Source of the DNA: a virus
DNA: 64,000 nucleotides
Strand: one strand, 5' to 3'
Virus record (IMG/VR): IMGVR_UViG_3300041583_000284
Coordinates: 1 to 64,000 of that record
Shown: positions 9,272-18,179 of the stretch, piece after piece
Position numbering within the stretch: position 1 is the stretch's first letter
Layout of the letters: each line of letters opens with the position of its first letter
Notes under the pieces: model-generated
Seen by the model: only the letters and a program-made list of their open reading frames with translations
Databases searched by the model: none
What the model was told of the DNA's origin: nothing
Translations under genes and position numbers: made by a program

Positions 9272-10008
9272 TGCGTAACTGGCACCGCCTCAAGTCGCCG
9301 TTTGGCTCTTGGCACAGCGGCCTCTCCCCCGCGCCCTTCTCCCCTGCAACACTATACAGCGCCGCGCAGCTTGGCGACTATATTACAGCCGACGACGACA
9401 CTCGCCAATGGCAAAACCAAGCCGGGTCAGTTGCGCCTGTTGTTGATAGCCCGATTGGCAAGATTAACGGCGGGCAGGGCGTAATGTCGTGGGGTCCGGG
9501 TGACGCGAATGACTCAAGGCGTCCGGCGCTAAGGGCTGCCGGCGCGTTGCGGTATTGGGAATACGACGGAATAAATGACGGGATGGGCACAGGCATTAGT
9601 TACGGCGCAACTCTGATGGACTTGTTTTTTGTTTCGCAAAGAGCAACTACGCCTAACTTTCTGCAAGCTACAGCTATCTACGGCGCAGGTAGCTTTTTGG
9701 GAGCGGCACAAGCTACCACTACACGCCCAGATCAAGACCTTGGTACTCCAACGTACTTTATAAATGGGAACGCAATCGACCGCACTAGATTGGCAATTTT
9801 TAACGCAACAACCCCCGACGTACCTTTTATTATGGAAGTACGCGGTTGTAACATGGTGTCATTCTGGCCGGAATTGTGGACTGGTTTTTACCCGACATAT
9901 AGTAGCCTGCGACGCGTTTACGCAGTAGTTGCCCGCCAAACGTTGTCCACCGACGAGCGAAATTTGCTGATGCCGTGGCTGGCAGCAAAAGCAGGGATTA
10001 CACTATGA
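9271..10008 (+). CDS. hypothetical virion-module protein with a low-GC C-terminal half (245 aa)
   Basis: Coupled start. Positions about 9560-9930 are about 45 percent GC by hand count, against about 65 percent in neighbouring genes. Confidence 0.55.
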   Translation: MRNWHRLKSPFGSWHSGLSPAPFSPATLYSAAQLGDYITADDDTRQWQNQAGSVAPVVDSPIGKINGGQGVMSWGPGDANDSRRPALRAAGALRYWEYDGINDGMGTGISYGATLMDLFFVSQRATTPNFLQATAIYGAGSFLGAAQATTTRPDQDLGTPTYFINGNAIDRTRLAIFNATTPDVPFIMEVRGCNMVSFWPELWTGFYPTYSSLRRVYAVVARQTLSTDERNLLMPWLAAKAGITL

Positions 10009-10778
10009 GCATGGTAGCAATTATCCCCGCTGTACTTCTGGATGCGGCAAACAAGAAACTTGAGGCGGCTGGCTTTGGTCCAAGCAATTTCAGCGTAGCT
10101 GCGTACACTGGCCCCGGCATCTCGCACGCTGCGTTTCATTCGTGGAACGATCCTGCCTTTGAGGCTGATGTGCAGGCCATTGCTGGCGTGGTCTGGGAAA
10201 TCAGTGAGGGCAATCATGAAGCCCGCGTTACGGCGATGATCAAGGCGCAAGGGGCAAAGTGGGGCGACCGGGCAGCCGCATTGCCTGACAAGGGAACAGT
10301 CAAAGCGGGCGACCTGTTGCGGGATACGGACGGCAACCTGTGGTCAGTGATCCAGCCATTCAGCCGCACCACCTACGGCGCAGCACCGGAAACCTACCCG
10401 GCCCTGATCCGCCGCGTTCGTGACCCCAAAGCGACCGAGGAATACAAGCAACCGATTGACCAATACGACAGCTACAGCCTCAAGAACCCGTTCACGGGCG
10501 CGGCTGACCGCGTTACCGTAGAGGGTAAGACCTACGCGTCACTAGTCAACGCCAATGTATGGAAGCCACCAAGCGCACAGTGGCAAGAGATTGACCCAAA
10601 GACGGGTGAACCTATCGTGCCAGTCAAAACCGTGGCCGCGTGGAAACAGCCTGCGGGGGCGCATGACGCCTATAAGGCGGGCGATCAAGTTACCTTTGGG
10701 GGCAAGACCTACGCAAGCGCAATTGACGCTAACGTCTGGTCGCCAACAGCCTACCCGGCTGGCTGGAAAGCGATCTGA
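10005..10778 (+). CDS. protein with two CBM5/12-like carbohydrate-binding repeats
   Basis: ATGA overlap at 10005. C-terminal repeats ..VEGKTYASLVNANVWKPPSAQW.. and W..P.....AYKAGDQVTFGGKTYASAIDANVWSPTAYPAGW match the aromatic CBM5/12 pattern. Confidence 0.55.
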   Translation: MSMVAIIPAVLLDAANKKLEAAGFGPSNFSVAAYTGPGISHAAFHSWNDPAFEADVQAIAGVVWEISEGNHEARVTAMIKAQGAKWGDRAAALPDKGTVKAGDLLRDTDGNLWSVIQPFSRTTYGAAPETYPALIRRVRDPKATEEYKQPIDQYDSYSLKNPFTGAADRVTVEGKTYASLVNANVWKPPSAQWQEIDPKTGEPIVPVKTVAAWKQPAGAHDAYKAGDQVTFGGKTYASAIDANVWSPTAYPAGWKAI

Positions 10779-11143
10779 TGCTCTGCGCCCTGATCATCGC
10801 AACACATATGGGCGGCAGCATCTCGGATGCGACAGCCGTTGCGCGATGGGCCGATAAGTCAGGGTGCATTGTTCGGATTGAGGGTCAATGCGCAAGCGCC
10901 TGCGTCATGCTCGTGAAGCTGGGCTGTGTAACACCTAGTGCTAGGCTTGGTTTCCATGCCCCTACGCGCAACGGAAGGCCCCTTGTGGGTGATGACCGGG
11001 CGTTCTGGGCACAACGTATGGCAAGTCACATGCCTGCCGCTATGGCGCGGTGGTATCTGGCAGGTCCAGCATACAAAGCAGGCCTGACATGGCTGGATGC
11101 AAGGAATGCAATTATAATGGGGGCGAAACCATGCCGCTCCTGA
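10778..11143 (+). CDS. hypothetical Cys-containing protein (121 aa)
   Basis: TGATG coupling. No confident motif. Confidence 0.45.
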   Translation: MLCALIIATHMGGSISDATAVARWADKSGCIVRIEGQCASACVMLVKLGCVTPSARLGFHAPTRNGRPLVGDDRAFWAQRMASHMPAAMARWYLAGPAYKAGLTWLDARNAIIMGAKPCRS

Positions 11144-11275
11144 TATTTCACAGCACAAAGGAATCCCCCATGAAATACATACTCGCAGGTCACGGCTACG
11201 CCTTTGAACCCGAGGGCGAGATTTAATGGCAACGCTTGCCGCGATGGGGCTGACGCAGGTGGTGGTGGACATCTG

Positions 11276-11530
11276 ATGGCCAAGTCCCCTGCATGGACCC
11301 GCAAAGATGGCAAGAGCGCCAAAGGCGGGTTGAACGCCAAGGGGCGGGCATCCTACAACAAGGCCAACCCCGGGAAGCCGGGGCTGAAGGCCCCCCAGCC
11401 GGAAGGGGGCTCCCGCAAAGCGAGTTTCTGTGCTAGAATGACAGGTATGAAGAAGAAGTTGACCTCGAAGAAGACGGCCAGCGACCCGAACAGTCGCATC
11501 AACAAAAGCCTGCGGGCTTGGAAGTGTTAG
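11276..11530 (+). CDS. small highly basic Lys/Gly-rich protein (84 aa)
   Basis: In-frame ATG at 11276 (MAKSPAWTRKDGKSAKGG...). First of a run of basic microproteins. Confidence 0.5.
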   Translation: MAKSPAWTRKDGKSAKGGLNAKGRASYNKANPGKPGLKAPQPEGGSRKASFCARMTGMKKKLTSKKTASDPNSRINKSLRAWKC

Positions 11531-11544
11531 ATGGAGGATACCCG

Positions 11545-11730
11545 ATGATGAACCGTGCGATGATGGGCAGCCAGATGACGGGCAACCAGATGGCGATGCC
11601 TAGCGCCCAACCGATGATGCCCGTCGCTCCCATGAAAAATGGGGGCAAGGTCAAGAAGATGGCCAAGGGCGGCAAGGTCCGCGGCGATGGCGCCTGCATC
11701 AAGGGCAAGACCCGGGGGGCAATGAAATGA
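11545..11730 (+). CDS. small Met/Lys/Gly-rich protein (61 aa)
   Basis: ATG at 11545 with a GGAGGA RBS. C-terminus is AKGGKVRGDGACIKGK. Confidence 0.45.
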   Translation: MMNRAMMGSQMTGNQMAMPSAQPMMPVAPMKNGGKVKKMAKGGKVRGDGACIKGKTRGAMK

Positions 11731-11957
11731 AGAAACCCGTCAAGAAGGCTGACTACAAGTCCTCTAAGTATCGGGACGGCAGATCGCAGGGGGCTGCTGC
11801 ACCTCTCGGTACAAAACGATCTATCAAAGACCGTGCAGACCCAGCGTATGGCACTCCCGCGCAGCAAGCTAAAGGGGCAGCTTTTCGGGCAGCCGCATCC
11901 CTCAAGAGCAATAAAAAGGCTGGCAAAGACGTAAAGCTAGCTAGAAATGGCAAGTGA
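11727..11957 (+). CDS. small basic protein (76 aa)
   Basis: ATGA overlap with the upstream gene. Lys/Ala/Gly-rich. Confidence 0.45.
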   Translation: MKKPVKKADYKSSKYRDGRSQGAAAPLGTKRSIKDRADPAYGTPAQQAKGAAFRAAASLKSNKKAGKDVKLARNGK

Positions 11958-12067
11958 TGTCGAAGAAACCCACCAAGAAGGCCGACGAGGGCAAGATGTC
12001 TGGCAAAGACCGCTTCCTCGCGATGATCGAGAAGAAAAAGGCGAAGAAGCCTAAGAAGAAAAAGTGA
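11957..12067 (+). CDS. very small basic protein (36 aa)
   Basis: TGATG coupling. MSKKPTKKADEGK...KKPKKKK, below the track cutoff. Confidence 0.35.
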   Translation: MSKKPTKKADEGKMSGKDRFLAMIEKKKAKKPKKKK

Positions 12068-12070
12068 CCT

Positions 12071-12445
12071 ATGGGCCGCACGAACGAGAAGCTGTGGGGC
12101 AAGGCTAAGGCGGAAGCCAAGGCTAAGATGGGCGGGAAACACTCCGCCCGGGCCATGCAGCTCGCAGGTAAGATATACCGTGAGGACGGCGGCGGATACA
12201 CTGGCACGAAGACAAAATCCCAGTCCTCCCTGTCAAAATGGGGCAACGAGGACTGGGGTACAAAGAGCGGCAAACCCTCTGGCAAGACGGGCGAGAGATA
12301 CCTGCCAAAGAAGGCGCGTGAGTCTTTGTCCGATGCAGAGTATAGTGCCACCTCAAAGGCGAAGCGGGCGGGCACTGCCAAGGGCAAGCAGTTCGTAGCG
12401 CAACCGAAGAAGATCGCGAAGAAGACCGCGAAGTTTAGGGACTGA
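12071..12445 (+). CDS. basic Lys/Gly-rich protein (124 aa)
   Basis: ATG ORF. KAKAEAKAKMGGKHSARAMQLAGKIY..., last of the basic cluster. Confidence 0.5.
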   Translation: MGRTNEKLWGKAKAEAKAKMGGKHSARAMQLAGKIYREDGGGYTGTKTKSQSSLSKWGNEDWGTKSGKPSGKTGERYLPKKARESLSDAEYSATSKAKRAGTAKGKQFVAQPKKIAKKTAKFRD

Positions 12446-12447
12446 CC

Positions 12448-13113
12448 ATGGCCGCCATCGTACCAGACCTGTCGGAACTCTTTGAGGAAGCCTACGAGCG
12501 GGCAGGCCTCGAGATGCGTTCAGGGTATGACCTAAAGACCATCCGCCGCAGCCTGAACCTGCTGTCGTTGGAGTGGGCGAACCGGGGCCTGAACCTCTTC
12601 ACCATTGAGGCGGGCACGATTCCTCTCACCGCCGGCACTGCGTCATACGAGATGCCTGTGGACACGATTGATCTGATCGAGCACCAGCTGCGCACCGGGC
12701 AGCAAGATACGTTCTTGGAGCGGATCAGCGTGTCAACCTATGCGCAGCAGTCCAACAAGGCGATGATTGCGCGCCCCACCCAGATCTATGTGAGCCGCGG
12801 GGCCACTGGCACGACGGTGACGCTCTGGCCCGTGCCAGACAGCACGCAGGCCTACACCCTTGTCTACTACCGGCTCAAATACATAGAGGGCCTGTCTGGT
12901 GGTATCGGTGGCGAAGTCACGTCCATCCCACCCCGCTTTGTGCCTGCCCTCGTGGCGGGCCTCGCCTACTACATCGCGGGCAAGCGGCCGCAGGCGGAAG
13001 GGCGTATCCCCCGGCTCCAAGCAGAGTACGAGGCGCAGTTCGATCGCGCAGCGGGCGAGGACCGGGAGCGCGCGTCTGTCAGGCTGGTGCCCACTGGCCC
13101 ACGGGGGTACTGA
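12448..13113 (+). CDS. virion structural protein (possible head-tail adaptor)
   Basis: 221 aa. Positioned after the head genes and coupled to downstream genes. Function is inferred from position only. Confidence 0.5.
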   Translation: MAAIVPDLSELFEEAYERAGLEMRSGYDLKTIRRSLNLLSLEWANRGLNLFTIEAGTIPLTAGTASYEMPVDTIDLIEHQLRTGQQDTFLERISVSTYAQQSNKAMIARPTQIYVSRGATGTTVTLWPVPDSTQAYTLVYYRLKYIEGLSGGIGGEVTSIPPRFVPALVAGLAYYIAGKRPQAEGRIPRLQAEYEAQFDRAAGEDRERASVRLVPTGPRGY

Positions 13114-13436
13114 TGACATACGCACGTGCGAGCAAAGCGTTTGGGTTCTGCGACCGGACGGGGTTCAGATACCCCCTGAAAGACCTTGTGTATGAAGTCC
13201 GCGATGGCCAGCAAACTGGTTTCAGGGTCGGCCGCGACGTTGTAGACCCCGACCACCCGCAGAATTTTGTAGGGCGCCTCAAGGTGAACGACCCGCAGTC
13301 GCTCTTTGACCCACGCCCGGACACATCACAGGACGCAGCAAACGCGCTGTGGGGCTGGAATCCCGTAGGAAACCCCGCACAATCTATGGTAGGCTCCGTT
13401 GGAGTCGTAACAGTCAACATTGAGGAGGCCTCCTGA
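13113..13436 (+). CDS. hypothetical virion-module protein (107 aa)
   Basis: TGATG coupling. Confidence 0.5.
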   Translation: MTYARASKAFGFCDRTGFRYPLKDLVYEVRDGQQTGFRVGRDVVDPDHPQNFVGRLKVNDPQSLFDPRPDTSQDAANALWGWNPVGNPAQSMVGSVGVVTVNIEEAS

Positions 13437-13669
13437 TGAAATCCCCACGCCCCAAAGCCGATCCCCGCAAGAGCGCCCCCAAGATGCGCCCGAAGCCCCG
13501 CGATCAAAAGAAGATCGACGCTATCGTGGATGACAAGGCCGCCAAGGGCGCGGTCGAGCGCGGCAATCGCAATGCCCAGCCTCCGGGGCCCACTGGCTAC
13601 GCCAAGGGTGGTACTGTCCGCGGGATGGGTGCAGCTGCCAAGGGCGGCAAGTTCAACAAGAACGGGTAA
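13436..13669 (+). CDS. small basic protein (77 aa) sharing the AKGG(K/T)VRGxGA motif
   Basis: TGATG coupling. The C-terminus YAKGGTVRGMGAAAKGGKF resembles the C-terminus of the 11545-11730 protein. Confidence 0.45.
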   Translation: MKSPRPKADPRKSAPKMRPKPRDQKKIDAIVDDKAAKGAVERGNRNAQPPGPTGYAKGGTVRGMGAAAKGGKFNKNG

Positions 13670-13672
13670 GCC

Positions 13673-14320
13673 ATGACGTATGCAGAGCTGGTGCAAGCGA
13701 TCACGGACTACACGGAAAACCTTGAAGCGACTTTCGTTTCGAGCATCCCTACGTTTGTCAGGCAAGCGGAAAGCCGCATCCAGCGGTCGGTTCTCATCCC
13801 AGAGTTCCGTACCAATTCCTTGGGAACGGTGTCTACGGGCAACCGCTATCTTGCGCGACCTGCGGACTTCCTATCCGTATTTTCTGTGGCTGTGATCGCG
13901 GCCAACGGGGCATACACCTACCTGCTCGACAAAGACATGAACTTCATGCGTGAGGCTTACCCGAACCCAACTGTGACGGGTGTGCCGAAGTATTATGCCC
14001 AGTACGCAGGGGACAGCGCTGATGTCCCCACTGGGTCCTTCTTGATAGGCCCCACGCCCAACGCTGACTATCAGGTGGAGCTGCAGTATTACCGCGACCC
14101 TGCGTCCATCGTAGACGCGGGCACGTCGTGGCTCGGGGAGAACGCGGCCCCGGCGCTGCTATATGGTTCGCTGATCGAGGCCTACACCTTCATGAAGGGC
14201 GACGCAGACATGGCTGCCGTCTACAAGGGTCGGTATGACGAGGCCCTTGCCCAGCTGGGGATCATTGACGTGCGGAGCAAGCGTGACAGCTACCGCGATG
14301 GGGATATGAGGGTCGAATGA
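13673..14320 (+). CDS. virion structural protein (215 aa)
   Basis: ATG ORF in the head-tail block, coupled to the downstream gene (ATGA). Confidence 0.55.
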   Translation: MTYAELVQAITDYTENLEATFVSSIPTFVRQAESRIQRSVLIPEFRTNSLGTVSTGNRYLARPADFLSVFSVAVIAANGAYTYLLDKDMNFMREAYPNPTVTGVPKYYAQYAGDSADVPTGSFLIGPTPNADYQVELQYYRDPASIVDAGTSWLGENAAPALLYGSLIEAYTFMKGDADMAAVYKGRYDEALAQLGIIDVRSKRDSYRDGDMRVE

Positions 14321-14745
14321 GCTTCTCTGGCAACTATATGTGCACGAGCTTCAAGGTGCAGCTTTTTCAGGGGGTCCACGACTTCCCGGACCACGTATTC
14401 AAGCTCGCCCTGTACACGGAAGACGCGGTGCTTACGGCGGCAACAACGGCGTACACCACCACGGAGGAAATCCCAGCCACTGGTGGTTATACCACGGGCG
14501 GGGTCACGCTCACGCCCACAGCACCGGTAGCTGCAGGCACGGCCGCTGTTGTGTCTTTCGCTCCGCTCACTTTGGCAGGGGCGCAGGTGCGGGCCCGCGG
14601 GGCGCTGATCTACAACAGCACTGTGGCGGGCAACCCAGCCGTCGCTGTGCTGGACTTCGGGCTCTTGCGCGGGGGTACAGCGTCGGGGATCACCATCAGC
14701 TTCCCCCTCGCGACGGCCACTAATGCCATCTTGCGTGTCACATGA
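14317..14745 (+). CDS. virion structural protein (142 aa)
   Basis: ATGA overlap. Thr/Ala/Gly-rich and beta-like. Confidence 0.55.
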   Translation: MSFSGNYMCTSFKVQLFQGVHDFPDHVFKLALYTEDAVLTAATTAYTTTEEIPATGGYTTGGVTLTPTAPVAAGTAAVVSFAPLTLAGAQVRARGALIYNSTVAGNPAVAVLDFGLLRGGTASGITISFPLATATNAILRVT

Positions 14746-14867
14746 GCTGGAGCCCTGTGAACCCGGTCCAGACGCCTGTTTACACAGCCGTTGCCCCAAA
14801 CCAGAATCCGGGGTATTCTCCCGACAATCCGAACCAGACCCCATCGTGGGTCACCATCGCAGCGTGA
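14742..14867 (+). CDS. small Pro/Asn-rich protein (41 aa)
   Basis: ATGA overlap with the upstream stop, below the track cutoff. A 62-aa alternative frame exists, so this call is weak. Confidence 0.3.
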   Translation: MSWSPVNPVQTPVYTAVAPNQNPGYSPDNPNQTPSWVTIAA

Positions 14868-14877
14868 GGCCTAGACC

Positions 14878-16146
14878 ATGCCAAGTACCTATACAACGAA
14901 CCTCGGTGTAGAGAAGCCCGGCTCTGGCGAGCAGTCAGGCACGTGGGGTGGCACTGTCAACGACAACATGGACATCGTGGACCGGGCGATTAACGGAGCA
15001 GTATCGCTCACGCTTGTGGGCGCCACGTCCACGCTGACGACATCCGAGGGCACGCTGTCGGACGGGCAGAACAAGTTCCTGCGCCTCTCAGGGTCGCCCG
15101 GCGGCACCCACACTATTACTGTGTCGCCCAACGACGCCCAGAAGGTTTACTTCGTGACCAACGGGAGCAACCAATCGGCGGTGTTCTCCCAAGGCTCAGG
15201 TGCCAACGTCACAGTTCTGGCAGGCGATGCCGCTGTAATTTACTGCAACGGCGCCGGGGCGGGCGCAGCTGTGCTCAGTATGCTCGACGCCCTTGCCATG
15301 GGCGCGGTGCGGATCACCGGCGGCACTATCACAGGCATCACTGACCTTGCTGTCGCGGACGGCGGCACGGGGGCTTCGACTGCCGCCGCTGCTCTGATAA
15401 ATCTGGACCTGACGGCCACGGCGGCGGAGCTGAACATCCTCGACGGGGTTACGGCCTCGACGGCGGAGTTGAACCATGTTGACGGGGTGACTTCTGGCAT
15501 ACAGACGCAGCTGGACGCTAAAGCGCCGCTGGCAAGCCCCGCCCTGACGGGGAACCCGACAGCCCCCACGCAAACCCCATTAAACAACTCAACGCGGGTC
15601 GCGACAACGGCTTATACAGATGCTGCTGTTGCAGCAATACCGGCGGCTGATCCTTTCCCCGCAGGTGCAGTGGCACAGTTTGCTATGAACACTGCCCCCT
15701 CTGGGTGGCTAAAAGCTAACGGAGCGTTGGTTTCTCGGGCTACCTACGCCGCTCTTTTTACGGCCATTGGCACCACCTTTGGGGTTGGGGACGGGAGTAC
15801 AACCTTCGGTTTGCCCGACCTTCGTGGGGAATTTGTTCGGGGTTGGGATGATGGGCGAGGCGTTGATACCGCGCGGGCTTTTGGTTCTGCGCAAGACGAC
15901 CTTCTCGAAACGCACACCCACACGGGTACGGCTGCATCTGCGGGGGCACATACGCACACCGTTGCCATTAACGGTTCAGGCGATAACGGCGGGTCTCAAT
16001 CTTCGGCAAGCGCCAGTAAGGAAAATCCGGGTAATTACACCACTTCCAGCGCCGGGGCGCACACGCACTCTGTGACCGTAGACGCAACAGGGGGTGCAGA
16101 AACACGCCCGCGCAACGTTGCGCTCTTGTTCTGCATCAAACACTGA
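14878..16146 (+). CDS. tail fibre protein with phage tail-collar domain
   Basis: 422 aa. The C-terminal FGVGDGSTTFGLPDLRGEFVRGWDDGRGVD..RAFGSAQDD is the classic tail-collar signature (LPDLRG). Followed by His/Thr/Gly repeats. Confidence 0.75.
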   Translation: MPSTYTTNLGVEKPGSGEQSGTWGGTVNDNMDIVDRAINGAVSLTLVGATSTLTTSEGTLSDGQNKFLRLSGSPGGTHTITVSPNDAQKVYFVTNGSNQSAVFSQGSGANVTVLAGDAAVIYCNGAGAGAAVLSMLDALAMGAVRITGGTITGITDLAVADGGTGASTAAAALINLDLTATAAELNILDGVTASTAELNHVDGVTSGIQTQLDAKAPLASPALTGNPTAPTQTPLNNSTRVATTAYTDAAVAAIPAADPFPAGAVAQFAMNTAPSGWLKANGALVSRATYAALFTAIGTTFGVGDGSTTFGLPDLRGEFVRGWDDGRGVDTARAFGSAQDDLLETHTHTGTAASAGAHTHTVAINGSGDNGGSQSSASASKENPGNYTTSSAGAHTHSVTVDATGGAETRPRNVALLFCIKH

Positions 16147-16191
16147 AACACCGCGCCTGCCGGAAGCAGGTAACAACCTACGGAGACTAAA

Positions 16192-16524
16192 ATGAAGACT
16201 TTCCTTTACGCAATCGTGGCGATGATGACTACGGCAGCCGCCGCAATGGCTGGTGGCATGTACGAGGTCAGCCGCACGTCCACCCTTGAAGCTGGCATCT
16301 TTGTGCCTGCTTTGGCCGTGCTGGTCGCTGGTGAACGCCACATTCTGAAACTTGGTGAGAATGGCCTGACCCGCAATATTGTGTTCGACGCTGACAAAGC
16401 CAAAGCCTTCGCCGTGGCCAACGTTGCTCTACCCGCTGGCGTTGTCTTGCAGGTCGCATTGCGCGGCGGCGGTGCTGTGGATGCACTTGGCGTTGAAACC
16501 TCCAGCAATGGTCAGAGCTGGTAA
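16192..16524 (+). CDS. secreted/periplasmic small protein (110 aa)
   Basis: GGAGAC RBS. N-terminal signal-like segment MKTFLYAIVAMMTTAAAAMA. Confidence 0.5.
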   Translation: MKTFLYAIVAMMTTAAAAMAGGMYEVSRTSTLEAGIFVPALAVLVAGERHILKLGENGLTRNIVFDADKAKAFAVANVALPAGVVLQVALRGGGAVDALGVETSSNGQSW

Positions 16525-16539
16525 AGCGACAAGACTCAG

Positions 16540-16565
16540 CACGGGGGACAAGTTGATCCCCCGTG
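16540..16565 (+). terminator. putative intrinsic terminator
   Basis: CACGGGGGA-N8-TCCCCCGTG stem-loop followed by TACTTATTTG (weak U-tract). Confidence 0.5.
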
Positions 16566-16599
16566 TACTTATTTGAGTCTAAAAACAGAAAGAGCGCGC

Positions 16600-16929
16600 A
16601 TGCCACCATCTATAGCAAGCCAAGTCGCCGCCATGGCCGCAATCCTAGAGCGGATGGAACGGCAGGCTGATGACGATCGCAGAGACCGTAAATCGGCTCA
16701 ACGTGAAACTGAACTTACGCGGGCGGCTGTTTCTGCGGAATTAGCTGACATTCGCCACAGCCAGATTGACGTAGTGAAGCGTCTCGACAAGATCGAGCCA
16801 ATCACAGATTTGGTCACCTCTGTTCGCAGCCGGGTGACTGGCGGCCTGATGTTGCTGGGGGTGCTTGGCGGCGTCGCTTGGGCTGGCGTCTTGTTTTTCA
16901 AAGAGACAATTTTGGGGTGGTTCCAATGA
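16600..16929 (+). CDS. C-terminally membrane-anchored coiled-coil protein (lysis-cassette associated)
   Basis: ATG at 16600. Charged helical body plus a C-terminal TM segment (GGLMLLGVLGGVAWAGVLFF). ATGA overlap with the endolysin gene. Confidence 0.5.
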   Translation: MPPSIASQVAAMAAILERMERQADDDRRDRKSAQRETELTRAAVSAELADIRHSQIDVVKRLDKIEPITDLVTSVRSRVTGGLMLLGVLGGVAWAGVLFFKETILGWFQ

Positions 16930-17612
16930 GATACAACTACAAAATCGTGCAGCCGTGGGTGCTGGCATACGAGGGCGGGTACGTCAACCATCCAGATGAC
17001 CCCGGCGGAGCGACCATGGAAGGCGTGACGCAGCGCACCTATAATGCTGACCGGCGGCGGCGCGGTCTCAGCACAAGGCCAGTGATCCGGTTGGAACCCC
17101 TTGAGCGCGACGCGATCTATAAGATCCAATACTGGGATGCAATCCGTGGCGATGATCTGCCAAGCGGCATTGACGCTGCGGTCTATGACTACGCGGTCAA
17201 CTCTGGGCCGAGCCGCGCGGCGCGCGAGTTACAGGCGGTGCTGGGCGTGACGCAGGACGGCGTGATCGGGATCTTGACACTGGAAGCGGCGATGCGGGCA
17301 AGCCCTTTCGTGGTCATCAAGGCCCTGTGCGAGCGGCGGTTGGCGTTCATGCGGCGCGCCCGGCATTCCAAGACCAAAAAGCTGCTGTGGCCCACTTTCA
17401 GCGTCGGCTGGACCCGGCGCGTGATGGGCGACATGCCCGGCATCCAAGACGCCGACACAGGGATCATTGACCGGGCGACACGGCTGGCCCGCGGCGCTCC
17501 GCACATCCCCGCGCCGAAGATCCGCGACGACGGTGCCGGGCAAGCTGCCACCGAGACTTTGCTTGGGTTCTGGGCGCGGCTGTTCGCGCTGTTGTTTGGA
17601 AAGGTCGCGTGA
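16926..17612 (+). CDS. endolysin, glycoside hydrolase family 108 domain + PG_binding_3 domain
   Basis: VLAYEGGYVNHPDDPGGATMEGVTQ is the GH108 catalytic signature. Followed by YW......LPSGIDAAVYDYAVNSGPSRAARELQAVLGVTQDGVIG (peptidoglycan-binding). Confidence 0.85.
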   Translation: MRYNYKIVQPWVLAYEGGYVNHPDDPGGATMEGVTQRTYNADRRRRGLSTRPVIRLEPLERDAIYKIQYWDAIRGDDLPSGIDAAVYDYAVNSGPSRAARELQAVLGVTQDGVIGILTLEAAMRASPFVVIKALCERRLAFMRRARHSKTKKLLWPTFSVGWTRRVMGDMPGIQDADTGIIDRATRLARGAPHIPAPKIRDDGAGQAATETLLGFWARLFALLFGKVA

Positions 17613-17821
17613 TGGGAAAGTTTGTGAGGCTCGGGGTCTACCTCGCCGCGCTGGTGGCGGGTGTGTTGGCCATGGCGGGATACGGGGATTTCGATATGTC
17701 CACGTTTGAGTTTGACCTGTATCCGTTCAATGTCAAAGAGGCTGTGCTGACGCTAGGCATGATGGGCGGCAACGCGCTGGCAGCGTTTGCGTTCTTGCGC
17801 GGCTGGAAGGGCAAGAAATGA
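17612..17821 (+). CDS. putative holin (two TM segments)
   Basis: TGATG coupling to the endolysin. 69 aa with two hydrophobic helices and a basic C-terminus (RGWKGKK). Confidence 0.6.
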   Translation: MGKFVRLGVYLAALVAGVLAMAGYGDFDMSTFEFDLYPFNVKEAVLTLGMMGGNALAAFAFLRGWKGKK

Positions 17822-18051
17822 TTACCTTGATCCCTGTTGAGGTGTGGGCGGCGCTCGGTGCGATCATCGCGGCTATCGTGGCGTGGTTCGGCCTCCGCCG
17901 CAGCGGGGCAAAAGCGGAGCGGAGCAAGACCGAACGCGACGACGCAGCAGCGTATCGCAAAACAACGGGGGACATGCAGAATGCGGATATTGGTCGCGGT
18001 GATCCTGACGATGACACTGAGTGGCTGTCCAAGCGCAAGGACAAGCGATAG
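17818..18051 (+). CDS. i-spanin-like protein
   Basis: ATGA overlap. N-terminal TM (VWAALGAIIAAIVAWFGL) followed by a charged periplasmic part. Confidence 0.6.
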   Translation: MITLIPVEVWAALGAIIAAIVAWFGLRRSGAKAERSKTERDDAAAYRKTTGDMQNADIGRGDPDDDTEWLSKRKDKR

Positions 18052-18178
18052 CGCGCTGGTTACGAATTTGCGGGGGCCTATGGCTGATCTTGCCGGGGCG
18101 CTTGTGATTGACGGGGGTCCACTGTCCAAACGTGCTGGGCGAGTGGTTATTGCAAAATTTGACGCGGGGGCGCCATAA
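17981..18178 (+). CDS. o-spanin-like outer-membrane lipoprotein, overlapping the i-spanin gene in another frame
   Basis: ATG at 17981. MRILVAVILTMTLSGC carries a lipobox (LSGC). It starts inside 17818-18051. Confidence 0.65.
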   Translation: MRILVAVILTMTLSGCPSARTSDSALVTNLRGPMADLAGALVIDGGPLSKRAGRVVIAKFDAGAP

Positions 18179-18179
18179 T

